DNA of 64,000 nucleotides from Emiliania huxleyi CCMP1516 (Eukaryota). Where the stretch lies: assembly GCF_000372725.1 (NCBI RefSeq), contig NW_005202428.1, forward strand, positions 1,535,331 through 1,599,330. The letters are read 5' to 3'. The notes beneath the pieces are model-generated. The model saw nothing but the letters and a program-made list of their open reading frames with translations, ran no database searches and had not been told where the DNA came from. Both the position numbers and the translations under genes were made by a program. Shown piece by piece: positions 49,405-60,227 of this stretch (its first letter is position 1; every line of letters starts with the position of its first letter).

Positions 49405-50778
49405 TCAGCACGCGTTAAGCTCGAACTTGAGCGCCGACGGGTGAGTCGGCGTGCGAAGGAACTTGCGGTGGGGCTCGTTGCTCCCCTTTTGGTGGTACCC
49501 GGTGCAGAGGAGCGGCGCTGCGTTTGGCTGACCCGGCTCGGCACACAGGCCCAGCAGGGCGCGAGTGCCGAGCGCGAGGAGGTGCCCCGAGGGCAGGGGC
49601 GCGAAGACGCCGTGGATCGAGAGGCCGACGTCGCGCGCCTGAAGCATCATGGCCGCCCTGTGTGGTGGCGGGCGCGCCGTGGCAAACAACCCGGTCGTCT
49701 GGGACACGAGAGCCACGTATTGTGTCGCCTGGCCCGCCAGCGCCTCCGCGGCAGCCTCATGCTCGGTCGGCGTCGCCCGGCGGCGGTAGCGGGGGCTAGG
49801 CGGCGGTGGCGGCGGTGGCGGCGGCGGCGGCGGCGGCGGACTCGGTGGCGGAGGCGAGGTGGACGGCGTCAGCCGCTCGTACCACGGCTCGCAGTGGACG
49901 TAGGGCTGGCCAAAGGAGCCGCGGCGCGGCAGGCCAAGCTTCTCGACAAAGGAGCAGTTGGGGGTTGTGTAGCACCAGGGCGTCTGCCCCGGAGCGAGGG
50001 CGTCCTCCCACGCCTTGCAGAACGCGCCGTACCCGTGCTTGTTCTGGTAGCCGCTGCACGCGCACCCAGGGGGCGCCCGCCAGCCGGCAAGCTGTTGCGC
50101 GTTGGAGCTCGGGGCGGGGTCGGACGGGTAGCCCGCCCCCTCGGTGGCCGTGTGCACCTCGGGGTTGCACGTCTGGCTCTTGAGACCGAAGGAGCCCTTT
50201 GCCGCGGACGTGGAGCACTCCTCGTCGACGTAGCACCACGGCTGCTGCGAGCTCTCCTCCCACCGCTCGCAGTAGCCCCCAAAACCATAAGCGTTGGAGA
50301 AGCCAGAGCAGTGGCAGTTGGAGAGGGTCAGAATCTGCGGCCGCCGGCCCTGCTCGTCGAGGTTCAGCGCGGAGGCTCGTGCGCGAAGCAGGGCCACCAT
50401 GGCCGGAGAAACTTTGAACGCCAGGAAGGACTCGGACTCGGCCGAGCTGTTTCCTCCGAGCCTAGCGACGCCGTCACGCGAGACTGTCACATGGACGCCG
50501 AGCGAGGACTTGAGACAGACCTTCTGCGCTCCGATTGATGTGCTGTACGCCCAGAAGCAGGCAGCGAGGCCGCCCAGCGCCACGGCGGCGGCGCCAACCA
50601 CAAACATGCCTCTTTCGCCGAGGCCATCAAATGCCACGTTCTTTGCGTTGCTCACGGTCGTGGAGATGCGGGCCATGGCGTTCTGTTTGGACAGGCGGTC
50701 GGCGACGCGATCAGCGTGGCCGCCGCTGACCATTCCGCTCTCCTCGCTCTCGTCGTCCGTCTTCTCCTCGTCCGACAT
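49405..50778 (-). CDS. Type II membrane protein with two Cys-rich PWCY (kringle-reminiscent) modules and a Pro-rich linker; 3' end uncertain
   Basis: TM segment MFVVGAAAVALGGLAACFWAY; CHCSGFSNAYGFGGYCERWE...QPWCYVDEEC...GSFG and CACSGYQNKHGYGAFCKAWE...TPWCYTTPNC...GSFG. Confidence 0.65.
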   Translation of the reverse strand: MSDEEKTDDESEESGMVSGGHADRVADRLSKQNAMARISTTVSNAKNVAFDGLGERGMFVVGAAAVALGGLAACFWAYSTSIGAQKVCLKSSLGVHVTVSRDGVARLGGNSSAESESFLAFKVSPAMVALLRARASALNLDEQGRRPQILTLSNCHCSGFSNAYGFGGYCERWEESSQQPWCYVDEECSTSAAKGSFGLKSQTCNPEVHTATEGAGYPSDPAPSSNAQQLAGWRAPPGCACSGYQNKHGYGAFCKAWEDALAPGQTPWCYTTPNCSFVEKLGLPRRGSFGQPYVHCEPWYERLTPSTSPPPPSPPPPPPPPPPPPPPSPRYRRRATPTEHEAAAEALAGQATQYVALVSQTTGLFATARPPPHRAAMMLQARDVGLSIHGVFAPLPSGHLLALGTRALLGLCAEPGQPNAAPLLCTGYHQKGSNEPHRKFLRTPTHPSALKFELNAC

Positions 50779-52070
50779 AGGAGTATGTACGCGGCGGGTC
50801 AGTCCTGGGGCCGAATTTGCCACGTCAAGTTTCGCCGAGGTTTTCTTTATAGTGTATGTAGCTCTGACTACATTCCCGTAGGAGGACTCTGCTGACAGGG
50901 TTTGCGATGAGGAGCGACCCGAAGGGTTTCTCGGAGGTTAGTGCACCACTAACCGCCGAAGCGCAAGAACTCTACGACGGATCGGGCTTATACTATACAT
51001 GTACTAGCATTTACCGAGTCAGTGGCCGTCCTCAGCTTCCGTGTTACTGTCACTGTCAGTGCCAAAATTCTTGTTGGCTTCTAAAAATTGGATCGCTCCT
51101 CATCGCAAACCCCGTCAGCAGTCCTCCTTCGGGAATGTACGTAAGAGCTACATACACTGAAAAATCTCCCTCTCCCTCTGTCGTGTGCGGCGCGACTGTC
51201 TGCTACTCGCATACGTGTATATGTAGCCCACTCTTTTTTTGTCAGAGTAGGAAGGCTGTGTCGAGTGCCAAACGAAAGAAAGAATTCTAGATATAAAGCC
51301 CCTCTCCAGCACTGGCACGAACTAGCACCACAAAAGACACAGAAAAAATCCAAGAGAGGGGTTGGAGGGCGGGAGAATCCAAAAAAGCCGTCCAAAAAGC
51401 CACAAAAAGCCAGCGAGCCTCACGTTACGCGATTGCTCGCGAAGCGCAGCATGATGCGTGGCCAGCTTGGGAGGCTGCCGCCGCTGTCAGAGGCGGCCGC
51501 CACTGTGAGGTCTCGAGGGCCGACCGGCCGGGCGAGCATCCGCGCTGCCGACGACGTGCTCGAGGCTGACCTTCAGAGCGACGAGATTCTCGCATGCTTT
51601 GAGGAGGCGCTCGGCGAACGGCAGCCAGAGATGGGAACGGATGCTGCAGCAGGGCGAGAGGCGAACGCCGAGAGTGCGGAGGCCGCACCGCGACTCGAGG
51701 CTGCAGCAGAGCAGCAGCGGGAACATTCCCTGCTTGCACCGACCGCGGGGCGCGGCGTTGAGCCGGTGCTGCAGACCCGGTGCCTATGCTGCATACGAAT
51801 TCCGGTGGAGGGCGCAGATCGTGCGAGCCAGATGCCGGCGCCCGTCAGCAGATCGGGTCGGCAGCTGCGAGCATTCTCGAGTGGCGCGGCGAGGCGGCGC
51901 GAGCGAAGGTGCTAGATAAGGTGCGTGATGCGGGGCGAGCAGATGGGGACCCGGCCGCCCCAGAGGAGGAAAATGGCGAGTAAAAAACACATCGTGTCCT
52001 CAGCCGCTTCCTCTATGGCCGCTTCCGCTATGGACTGCCCAAACCAAATCTCTCTCTTTATGCGATCCAG

Positions 52071-52516
52071 ACCCGGCCGCGGCCGCGGGACTGGCCGCCG
52101 CCACCGAGACGGCCGTCATCGCGCTGGGGTGATTCTGGCATCCGCAGGCCGAGTACGACTCGCTTCCCGGCGTCGTCTCCACCTCGGTCGGCTATACGGG
52201 TGGTGCGTCCTCGAACCCCACGTACTCCACCGTCTGCCGCGGGGACGGGCACACAGAGGCTCTCAAGGTGGAGTACGACCCGACCAAGACTTCATACGAG
52301 GCGCTGATGACACGCTTCTTCGCCGAGGCGTCGGCCCACAAGAGCAAGCCGCAGTACATGAGCGCCGTGTGGGCGCAGAATGCGGAGCAAAGGGCGACCG
52401 CCGAGAGAATTGCGAGGCAGAGCGGCAAGCCCATCCCCGTGCTCGACGCAAAGCAGTGGCACGACGCTGAGGAGTATCATCAGCACTACATCGACAAGCA
52501 GTATGGAAGGAGGTGA
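52071..52516 (+). CDS. msrA: Peptide methionine sulfoxide reductase A, selenocysteine form (last exon; upstream exons probably from about 51450-51980)
   Basis: TAVIALG-TGA(52130-52132)-FWHPQAEYDSLPGVVSTSVGYTGG...NPTY...GHTEALKVEYDP...SYEAL...QYMSAVW...AEEYHQHY. The TGA falls exactly on the catalytic Cys of GCFW. Confidence 0.9.
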
Positions 52517-52564
52517 GGCTGCCACCGACACCCTCCGCTCCCGACACACTTTGGTATCAACTCG

Positions 52565-52668
52565 CCGCGGAATGACGCTGGCAAGGCCGCAACAGCAAGA
52601 TGAGGGCCGCACACCGAGACCTGGATCGTGCGTGTGCGCCCCCGCTGTGGCCGGGCTGCTGAAGAGCT
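52565..52668 (+). promoter_or_regulatory. Candidate SECIS element for msrA (form 2, long apical extension)
   Basis: ATGA (52572-52575) ... TGA (52660-52662); imperfect helix GCTGGCAAGGCCG / TGGCCGGGCTGC; unpaired AA, then CAGC/GCTG and an apical CGCACAC/GTGTGCG stem. Folded by eye only. Confidence 0.5.
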
Positions 52669-52837
52669 TATAGGAGCGGTGTTGAACGTGTGTCGGTGGA
52701 GCCGGGGCGTGGACCGTGGAGGCTGAGACCTTTCAGTCAGATGGGTGTGGAGAGAACTGTGTGTGATGCCTGATTCAAATAGGACGACACTGCTGGCAAC
52801 ACCGCGCTCACCTTCCTCTTGGCACCCACAGAGAGAT

Positions 52838-52917
52838 CCCTCTGCGCGTTGGTCTCAGCCGCGACCTCTGGGCGTGTCGGCGCCCGTTGGCAGTCGTGGC
52901 GTCATCTCGCGCGAGGG
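52838..52917 (-). promoter_or_regulatory. SECIS element (form 2) for the SelU/PRXL2-like gene
   Basis: Minus strand: CCCTCGCGCG AG ATGA C GCCACGACT GCC AA C GGGCG CCGACA CGCCC AGA GGTCGCGGC T GA GACCAA CGCGC A GAGGG. This gives helix I, the UGA/GA quartet, helix II, AA and an apical helix, about 50-130 nt after the stop. Confidence 0.85.
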
Positions 52918-52964
52918 CTCTGGAGCTACATGTACATGTACACGCCTCAGGCAGCGGTGGCCTG

Positions 52965-53609
52965 TTATCTCGCCGCCGCCTCGAGCAAGTCGTCCAGCTT
53001 TGCGTGCGCGCCAGTGCTGGGGTCGAAGTGCGAGAACAGCAGGTCGGGGCCTTCAAAGACGAACGCGCCGCCCTGCTGCAGGCCCTGGTCATTCTTGGGC
53101 GGCAGCCACGGCTTCCAGCGCTTGGTAGCGTCGATCAGGTCGGCGGCGCCGTCCTTGCGCGCGCGATCGAGAATCGCGAAGGGCGTGTCAACAGTGAAGA
53201 AGGTCGTGGCAACTCCCTTCTTCAGGCCGAGAGCGTCGTACGCGGCGTTCTCTGGATCGCAGAGGAGGGTTTCCGCAGGGAGGCCGACGTGCTCGCAGTA
53301 CTCTCGGCCTCGCTCGGCCGTCCCGATGCCGACCGCCACGAGCTTGGCAGGCGGCTTGCCGCCGCGGAGCACAGGCAGCACATCACGTGCAAGCTGTGCG
53401 CCCAGCTCCTGGCAGAACATTCAACCAAACGATCGCATCAGCACCAGCACCGCACGCTCGTCCGTGGCCCACTGCTCGGTGAGCGGGACCGCCACGCCGT
53501 CGGTGGCCCGCAGCACGTCGATGCCGCGCAGAAGGTTGAACGCGTTGGGCGGCGCGGTGGCGGACGGCACGGTGAACGAGGCGGCGGCGGCCGCGAATAG
53601 CGAGAGCAT
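52965..53609 (-). CDS. AhpC/TSA-like (PRXL2 / selenoprotein U family) thioredoxin-fold selenoprotein, probably plastid-targeted
   Basis: MLSLFAAAAASFTVP...EQWATDERAVLVLMRSFG-TGA(53421-53423)-MFCQEL...LVAVGIG...DPENAAYDALGL...QQGGAFVF...H: a UxxC motif. The two track ORFs are contiguous and in frame. Confidence 0.9.
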
Positions 53610-53696
53610 GTACACGCGTATGCCGTTCCTGTGAAACTCCCTCCAAGCTTCTACGAGTAAGAAATTTCCCCGCCTGGCACAACACAGAAGGAACTC

Positions 53697-54150
53697 TTTG
53701 AGGGAGCAGTTCGAGGCGGCGATGGCGGCGGGCGAGCTGCTCGAGATGCTCGAGAGCTTGCCGCGAGGGGCGGTCGAGGCCTCCGTGCGACTGATGCGCG
53801 GTTACACCCACCCGCACGGGCGAGTGGCCAGAGCCCATTCTCACTCACTCACTACAGTTGTAGCCCTGCCCCGCAGCGCGGCCGCTCGCCAAGCCCCGCA
53901 GATGAGTGGTCAGATGGTTAGTGCCAGAGAGCGAGGGGTCCGGGGGGGAGCACAAATAGGACGCCCAGCCCTGCCCTGGTGCCGCCGAGCGAGTGCATAT
54001 CCTATGCGAGAGAGGATCCCCTGTGCCCTGTGCCCAGCCCTCTCCGCGCGGCGATGCGCCCACCCCCCTCGCTTTTGCAAAATCCTGCAAAGGTGGGGAC
54101 GTGTCTGTCCTCGACCCAGCCCTAGCTTGCGATGTCCGTTTTGTTTATTT
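53697..54150 (+). mobile_element. 5'-truncated copy of the retroelement at 17677-18830
   Basis: Encodes REQFEAAMAAGELLEMLESLPRGAVEASVR and shares the 3' UTR through CCCTAGCTTG.GATGTCCGTT plus a T/A tail. ACTCTTT on both flanks (53693-53699, 54157-54163) is a weak TSD candidate. Confidence 0.8.
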
Positions 54151-54323
54151 AAAACGACTCTTTCTTTACTTTCCGAGGTAACGAACTCCGCCGTCAACGG
54201 CCGTCATCGCATTCGCCTCCTGGGTCTTGTGCTGACTTCTGACTGTCGTTGCTGTTTCTCGACTGTCTGTGCTTGTGCGCCTAGCGTCCTGTTTTGTGTG
54301 TTTGTGTCAACGTGTTCCGCCCC

Positions 54324-57000
54324 ATGGCATGGGACTGCGTGGCCGGCTGGCATCCCCGCGGCTTGCACCTCGACTTTGCGCTCGGCACCGAGGCGATCAA
54401 CAACCTCGGCGGGTATCCAGGAGGCAGCGGCGTCCTCTGCCAGCCGCCAGCGCTTGGGTCGGCGACCGACTGCTCGTGCGGGTGCGGGTGCGGCTGCTCG
54501 GACTCCGCGGAAGGCACGCTTCCGGTGCTGCGGTACAACGGTGTCGGCAGGGTGTATGACGGCGTCAGCACGGTGGCGGCGGGCCTGGACCTCGTCGTGA
54601 GCAACCTCACTTCCTACACTCCCTGGTCTTCAGCGCACAATGGCAGGACGATGAATGGCGGGAACTTCGCCTCTATCAGCCTCCTGCAGGGCACGCAGAC
54701 CACCTTTGGGTTCGAGTTCGTCCAGCCGGGCACCAACGCGCCCTTCGTCGTAGACCACCCCTTCGACTTTTGCTTCTTTGACTTTGACACCGGCCCGCAC
54801 CTCGGGGAGCTCGCAAACATGAGGGAGAGCATGGTCGCGTGCGGCACATCGGGCTACTTCATGCATGGTAAGCTTCCCGAGGCATCTTCAATCAAGGACT
54901 TCCTCTGCCCAGACATTGACACCTCGCCCTACATGCGAATCGAGGAGGATGCGGGCTGCATCCGCGTCGAAGCGCTGGCCGAGGGGCGTGGGCCCGACAA
55001 TCCGAGCGACTTTCCGGAGGCGCTAATGAATATTCCGGGGGGCGCCAGCGGGACGTGCGGCGACTACGACAAGTGTCCCGGGTTGGCGCACGGCCGAATG
55101 CCCGGCGACGGAATCTCGGGCTACCCGCGGCCCCCTGGCAGAGTCTTGGACGAGGTCATTTGCACCGACGAAGGCGCCGAGATCCCAGGCGCCGGCGTCT
55201 ACCCCGATGGCTCGAGGAAGTCGGGGCAGCCCTACCGCTACACGATGCCCAAATTTGTGTGCCTCCAATACCCTGCTGGAATCAGCAGCTTCGAGGTGAC
55301 ATATGAGGTTGGCCGAAACTTTGACGCGTCTGCGTACGGCCGGAACTTTCTCTTTGCAGGCACGGGGAGTCTGCCGCCCGAGTGTGTAGGGCCGCCCCAG
55401 TTGCCGCCCGCAATGCCGCCGTCACGGCCAGCACCAATGCCTTCTCCCAGCTCGCCACCGTCTACGCCGCTGCCTCAGCGACCGCACTTGCTACCACATA
55501 CTCCCCCACCGCTGATGCCGCCGCCGTCAACACCGCCGCCGCCGCCGCCGCTGCCACTGCCGCCGCCACCATCGCCATCGCCCCCGCCGCCCCCGCCACT
55601 GACGCCCCCGCAGACGCCAGCGCAGGCGCCGCCACCACCGCCAGTGCCACTACCGCCGCCAGTGCCACCGCCGCCGCCCTCGCCACCCCCGTCATCACCT
55701 CCACCGACACCCTCCTTGCCACCTTCCGAGCCGATGCCCTCGCCGCCGCCGCCGCCACCCCCTCTGGACGAGAAGGTGAGGCTTGTTCTTCCCTTCACGT
55801 TCCATCCTATGCAGGCAGCCCTTAGCGAGGGCTCTTTTTCGGTAGAATTTGAGGCTGCGGTGCGCCGTTTGCTGCCGCTCACTCGCCACGGCGTTGAAGT
55901 CTCCGTTGTGCAAACGGAGCAAGCAAGTGCCTCGTCTGTCGAGGTGCAGTTCAGCGCAGAGGGGGAAGATCTGAACGAATCCCAGAGAGCGTACCCGATT
56001 CGAGTGAGAGGCCTCTTGGCCAGGGACCTGCCACGCGTGCTCAACGCCGCCAGCGTCTACCCCTTGCAAGTCTGGGCAGACGTCGCTGTCTCCTCGGTCG
56101 TCACAGTCAAAACTGTGCACGCGTCGGCCGAGGAGGCCAGGACGGTGGCAAGGTTTTGGACGCGGGGCTCTGCGGCGGCGGGAGAGGCCGAGCTCGATCT
56201 TCTCTCCCGAGGCGGCTCTGTCTCCGAGATTCAACCTTGGGTTGGTCCTCCTCCGCTCATCGTCAGCTTTGACTTTTATGCCGCGACACATTCGGGCGAG
56301 CCTCACGAGAGCGCACTTGCCCTCGCGTGTCTTCTTGCCGAGCATGGCCAGACGCCTCTGCTGGAGACACAGGTGCGAGAGTTATGCCTCGCCTTCCTCA
56401 AGCACACGCCACCGACGTCGCCTGCCCTATGCTGGATGTCCCTGCGGCAGCGCTCACGCTCCCCCCTCCGCTTCGTGGCAGGCGGGCTACGTGCAGCCTG
56501 GCACGGCCCTACTGATGGTTGCGGGCGAGCGTGTCGAGGTTGTCTCATGCCCCCGCTCAACCTCGGGCCGCAGCAGCTCGACGATAGTGGCCATCGCTGC
56601 CGGCGGTGCCGTCGCCTTTCTCCTTTTCACGGCGCTCTGCTGCGCGGAGTTGGTCGCACGGGGCTTCTTCGGAGCGCGGGCTCAGCTGCACTGCACGCAC
56701 TCGAACAAGCGTTTGCTTCCGCTCTACCTTCCACGCGCGCAACGAGAGGCCATCCGAGGCCGCCTATACTCTGCCGACTCGCGCCCCCCTTCGCCCCGCT
56801 GTGGCTCAAAGGGTGACACGCAGCAGCAGCCGGCGGCTGGGGCCGCACTGCCGCCGTCTGGCGACCTGACATCGTCGGAGGCTTCCGCCGAGCCCAGTGC
56901 GGAGCTCCCGGTGTCGCCGTCGATCAATTTTCGCTTCGGTGCGATTGGCGTGCTGCAAATGAGAAAGGACTTGAGCCCGAGACAAGTACCGAGACGGTGA
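54324..57000 (+). CDS. Predicted cell-surface protein: NNLGG...GRNFLFAG beta-rich domain, Pro-rich stalk, C-terminal TM helix
   Basis: LDFALGTEAINNLGG, LRYNGVG, LDLVVSN, FFDFDTG, DNPSD, GRNFLFAG; long Pro-rich tract at about 55390-55760; TM IVAIAAGGAVAFLLFTALCCA in ORF 56242-57000, joined by inferred introns. Confidence 0.65.
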
Positions 57001-57457
57001 GAGCTGAGTCCTGAGAGGGGAGAGCGGTGCCTTGGGGGGCACACGTGGTCATCGTATTCGTAGAGAGAGAATGTAGGCAGATACTATAAGTGCATAGAGT
57101 AGTAGTATAATAGTATGCACATGGGTAAAGTGGGTTGAGGCGGGCTTGTACTGTAGGGTGGTCAGTAGTTTTGTGCCACCTTCTTGCCTCTTCGCAAGCG
57201 TTTGTTTTATTGACGAGCAAGTGACACTCTCGGACCCCTGGCGCCTGGGTTCCGGCTGTTTTTTTGGGGTGGGTAGAGTACACCCCCCGGATTGTAGGGG
57301 GGTAGGGGGTTGGGGGGTGGCCGCCCACAAGAGACGTCCGTTACATGCCCAAATGAGGGGTAGCAGACCGCGATCCGGCGCACCCTACCCTACCCCCGAA
57401 CAGCCGGAACCCTGCTCACATTTCACGATGCAAAGAGGAATTCCAGCACGTTGATAT

Positions 57458-58249
57458 ATGGCCGACACCGGCACCGGCAGCAGCGGAGACAGTGGCAGCA
57501 GTACGAAGACCCGGCCGATCGTATTCCTGGACGTGGATGGCGTGCTCTGCTGCAAACACGAGACAAGGCTGGAGGCCGCGCCGTGTGCAGAGCTGCAAAG
57601 AATCGCCGAGTCCACACGTGCCGCAGTTGTGCTGTCCACCGACTGGCGGCGTGACACGTCACTCAGTAGCCGCATCAAACGATGTCTGCACGAGAGAAGA
57701 GTCGACTGCATTGGCGCGACACCGCAGCTCAGCGGCTCCATGGACCGCGTTTCGCGCGTCCGCCCGAAGGAGATCCTCAGCTGGCTGTCGGAGCACGGAT
57801 TGGGAGGCCTTCATGGCAGCACGAATTGGGTGGCGATCGACGACCGTGACCTGGTATCAGAAGACGGCGGCGAGGCACTGCGGGGCCGCTTCGTCCAGAC
57901 AGCCTTTGCGAGTGGGTTGACCCGCGAGCTGGCAGACCGAGCTATCAAAATGCTTCTGCACGGCCCACAGCCCTGCCCGGAGGAGGAGAGGCCACCCAAC
58001 GTGCGAACGTTGCAGGATCTGCTCGCCGAGGCCGGCGTGGACACGGCGGTGATGGATGTGTTGCAGAGCTGCGCCACAACCAGCTCGCTACCAGCGCTGG
58101 TGAAGGCTGTTGAGAGCTCAGGGCGTGTGAAATTCCTTGAGCTACTCAAGGCAAGCGGGATATCACGCCCTGCGACGCGCCAGGCCATTGCGAATGCGAT
58201 CGGCAGGTGCAAACGAGAGGATCGACTGTGCCCTGAACTAAAAATATGA
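57458..58249 (+). CDS. HAD-superfamily (HAD_SAK_2, Swiss-Army-Knife-type) domain protein with a C-terminal helical SAM-like module
   Basis: IVFLDVDGVL, VVLSTDWR, IGATP, RPKEILSWL, WVAIDD, FVQT...GLT; C-terminal RVKFLELLKASGISRPATRQAIANAI. Confidence 0.85.
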   Translation: MADTGTGSSGDSGSSTKTRPIVFLDVDGVLCCKHETRLEAAPCAELQRIAESTRAAVVLSTDWRRDTSLSSRIKRCLHERRVDCIGATPQLSGSMDRVSRVRPKEILSWLSEHGLGGLHGSTNWVAIDDRDLVSEDGGEALRGRFVQTAFASGLTRELADRAIKMLLHGPQPCPEEERPPNVRTLQDLLAEAGVDTAVMDVLQSCATTSSLPALVKAVESSGRVKFLELLKASGISRPATRQAIANAIGRCKREDRLCPELKI

Positions 58250-58416
58250 AAGAAGAAATCGCGCCACCACCATGTCGTTTCACCCATCTCCGGTCGCGCG
58301 GCTCGCGCCGCGTGTGCCGCGCCGGCACCGTGTTTTTATGTATCAACGGCCTTCTCAGCCGTCACAGCTCACACGAATCTTATTTGCGTATACTCGACAT
58401 CGCGAATAAAAGCGAG

Positions 58417-59795
58417 TCAGATGTTCACGCGCGCAGAACCGAGAACGCGCGCCACCTTCCTAACGCCCTCATTGTACTGGTCGGGGTCGATGACATATGT
58501 GAGCCTCAAGTGGCGGCGGCCCGCCGGTGGCGGCGCGGCGGCGCAGCTCTCGCCCGGAATCACCGCGACCCCGTGCCGCCTCAACGCCTCGAGCAGCGGC
58601 CCCGGCTCGTAGTCCGCCGCCAGGGTCAGCCATAGGAACATCCCCGCCTGCGGCACGCTCCAGGTGGCGACGCCCCCGAGGTGCTCCTCGGCGGCCGCGA
58701 GGAGGGCCAGGCAGCGCGTCCGCATCGCCGCCTGCAGCGCCGTGACGTGGCCGAGCAGCCAGCCGGGCGCCGCGAGCATCTTTGCGAGCAGCAGCATCGA
58801 GAGCGTGCTGCCCCACTGCGACGACATGTACTGCAGCCCGTCCACCTTTGCGGCGAGATTGGCCAAGCTCGGCCAATCTCGGCTCACCCCGGGCTCCTCT
58901 CGGCTCACCTCGGGCTCCTCTCGGCTCCTCTCCTCCTCTCGGCTCCTCTCGCCTTTGCAACGAAGGGAGACGGCGCAGTCACCCACGCGAGCCGGAAGCC
59001 GGGCGCGAGGAGCTTCGAGAAGGTGTCGAGGCGCACGACGCGCCCGTCCTCGTCCAGAGAGAGGAAGCTGGGCCCGAGCCCACTCAGCCCGGGCAGGGGC
59101 ATGTCGGGCCGCGCCGCCCTGTGTTGCATGTAGTAGTAAGCATCGTCCTCGACAATGACGAGCCCGTACCTGCGCGCGGCGGAGTAGACGGCGGCATACC
59201 GGTCCGGCCGCAGCCGCGAGCCGGTTGGGTTCTGGCCGACGGGGATCGTGTAGAGCAGCTTTGGCAGCGGCAGCCCCGCCGCCAGCCGCGCCTCGCACTC
59301 CTCCTCGACTGCGCTCGGCAGGAGGCCGTCCTCGTCCATCGCCAGCGGGAGGAGGGTGGCGCCCGCCGCGAGGAGGTTGTCCTTGGACGCGAGGAAGGTG
59401 AATTCCTCGCACAGGACGGCGTCGCCCGGGTCGAGCAGCAGGCGCAAGACCGCGTCGATCCCGAGCATTGAGCCAGCGGTTATGCTCACGTCCCAGTGCT
59501 CACTCGGCGGGCTGTGCTGCTCTCGCACGTGCTCCAGCAGCCACGAGCGGAGCGGAGCCCACGCGAATGGCGCGTAGCGCTGTGCGTTGCGGGTCTCAAC
59601 GGCATCGAGCTCGACAGTGCTGCCGTCGGCGAGCGTCGCCGAAAGGCTAGCGATGGGCAAGGCTGTCACCGGCGGCACGCCCTGGGCCATGACGTGCGCG
59701 CCCTCCTGCTTCATAACCTCCTGCAGCGGGCCAGCGGAGAAGCGCGACGGCCCGACGCGTCTTCCGTACGCGGAGAGCGGGATGTCGAACGACAT
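58417..59795 (-). CDS. Class I PLP-dependent aminotransferase (kynurenine/2-aminoadipate transaminase, Aro8/AADAT-like), one intron
   Basis: LLYTIPVGQNPTG, IVEDDAYY, RLDTFSKLLAPGFRLAW (PLP Lys), PQAGMFLW, GVAVIPG, LRLTY. Confidence 0.9.
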
Positions 59796-60227
59796 CTTCG
59801 GCCCTTCCACTCGTGTGGGGACGCTGGCTGGCGCTGCGATACCCCTGGCGAGTACAGACGACGCCTCACTTTTTCACCGGCGGGCGTTGTTTTTCGCTGC
59901 AGGCAAAGCTTGTGCTGTGAATTCCAAGTGTTCCTCACGACGGCCGAGGGCCCCACGCGGCAAGCACAGCGGTCAACGCGAGCCGAGCATCCTCCAGCCC
60001 TGCGGCAGCGCCTGCGCTGGGACCAATGCGCGATGCATCTTGAATTCTTGATTTTGGTGATGGGGTGTGAGGACTGAGGAGCGGCTGTGACCTGTGTCTC
60101 TTGTTTTCGCTAACTGCATACCTAACGCAGCAGCGCGGGGCGCGTGGCCCGTGCCGGCGCACAGCAGGGCGCGAGGGCGTGCCAAGCGGAACATGGTCAT
60201 GGATTATTAGAGCGTCTCTCTCAGCCT

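Noticed and set aside
38647..58249. Prokaryote-style defence island (dNTPase, HAD_SAK_2, plus DUF3578 further upstream)
   Set aside because: The genes are far apart, interspersed with housekeeping genes and not operon-like; nothing supports a functional linkage.
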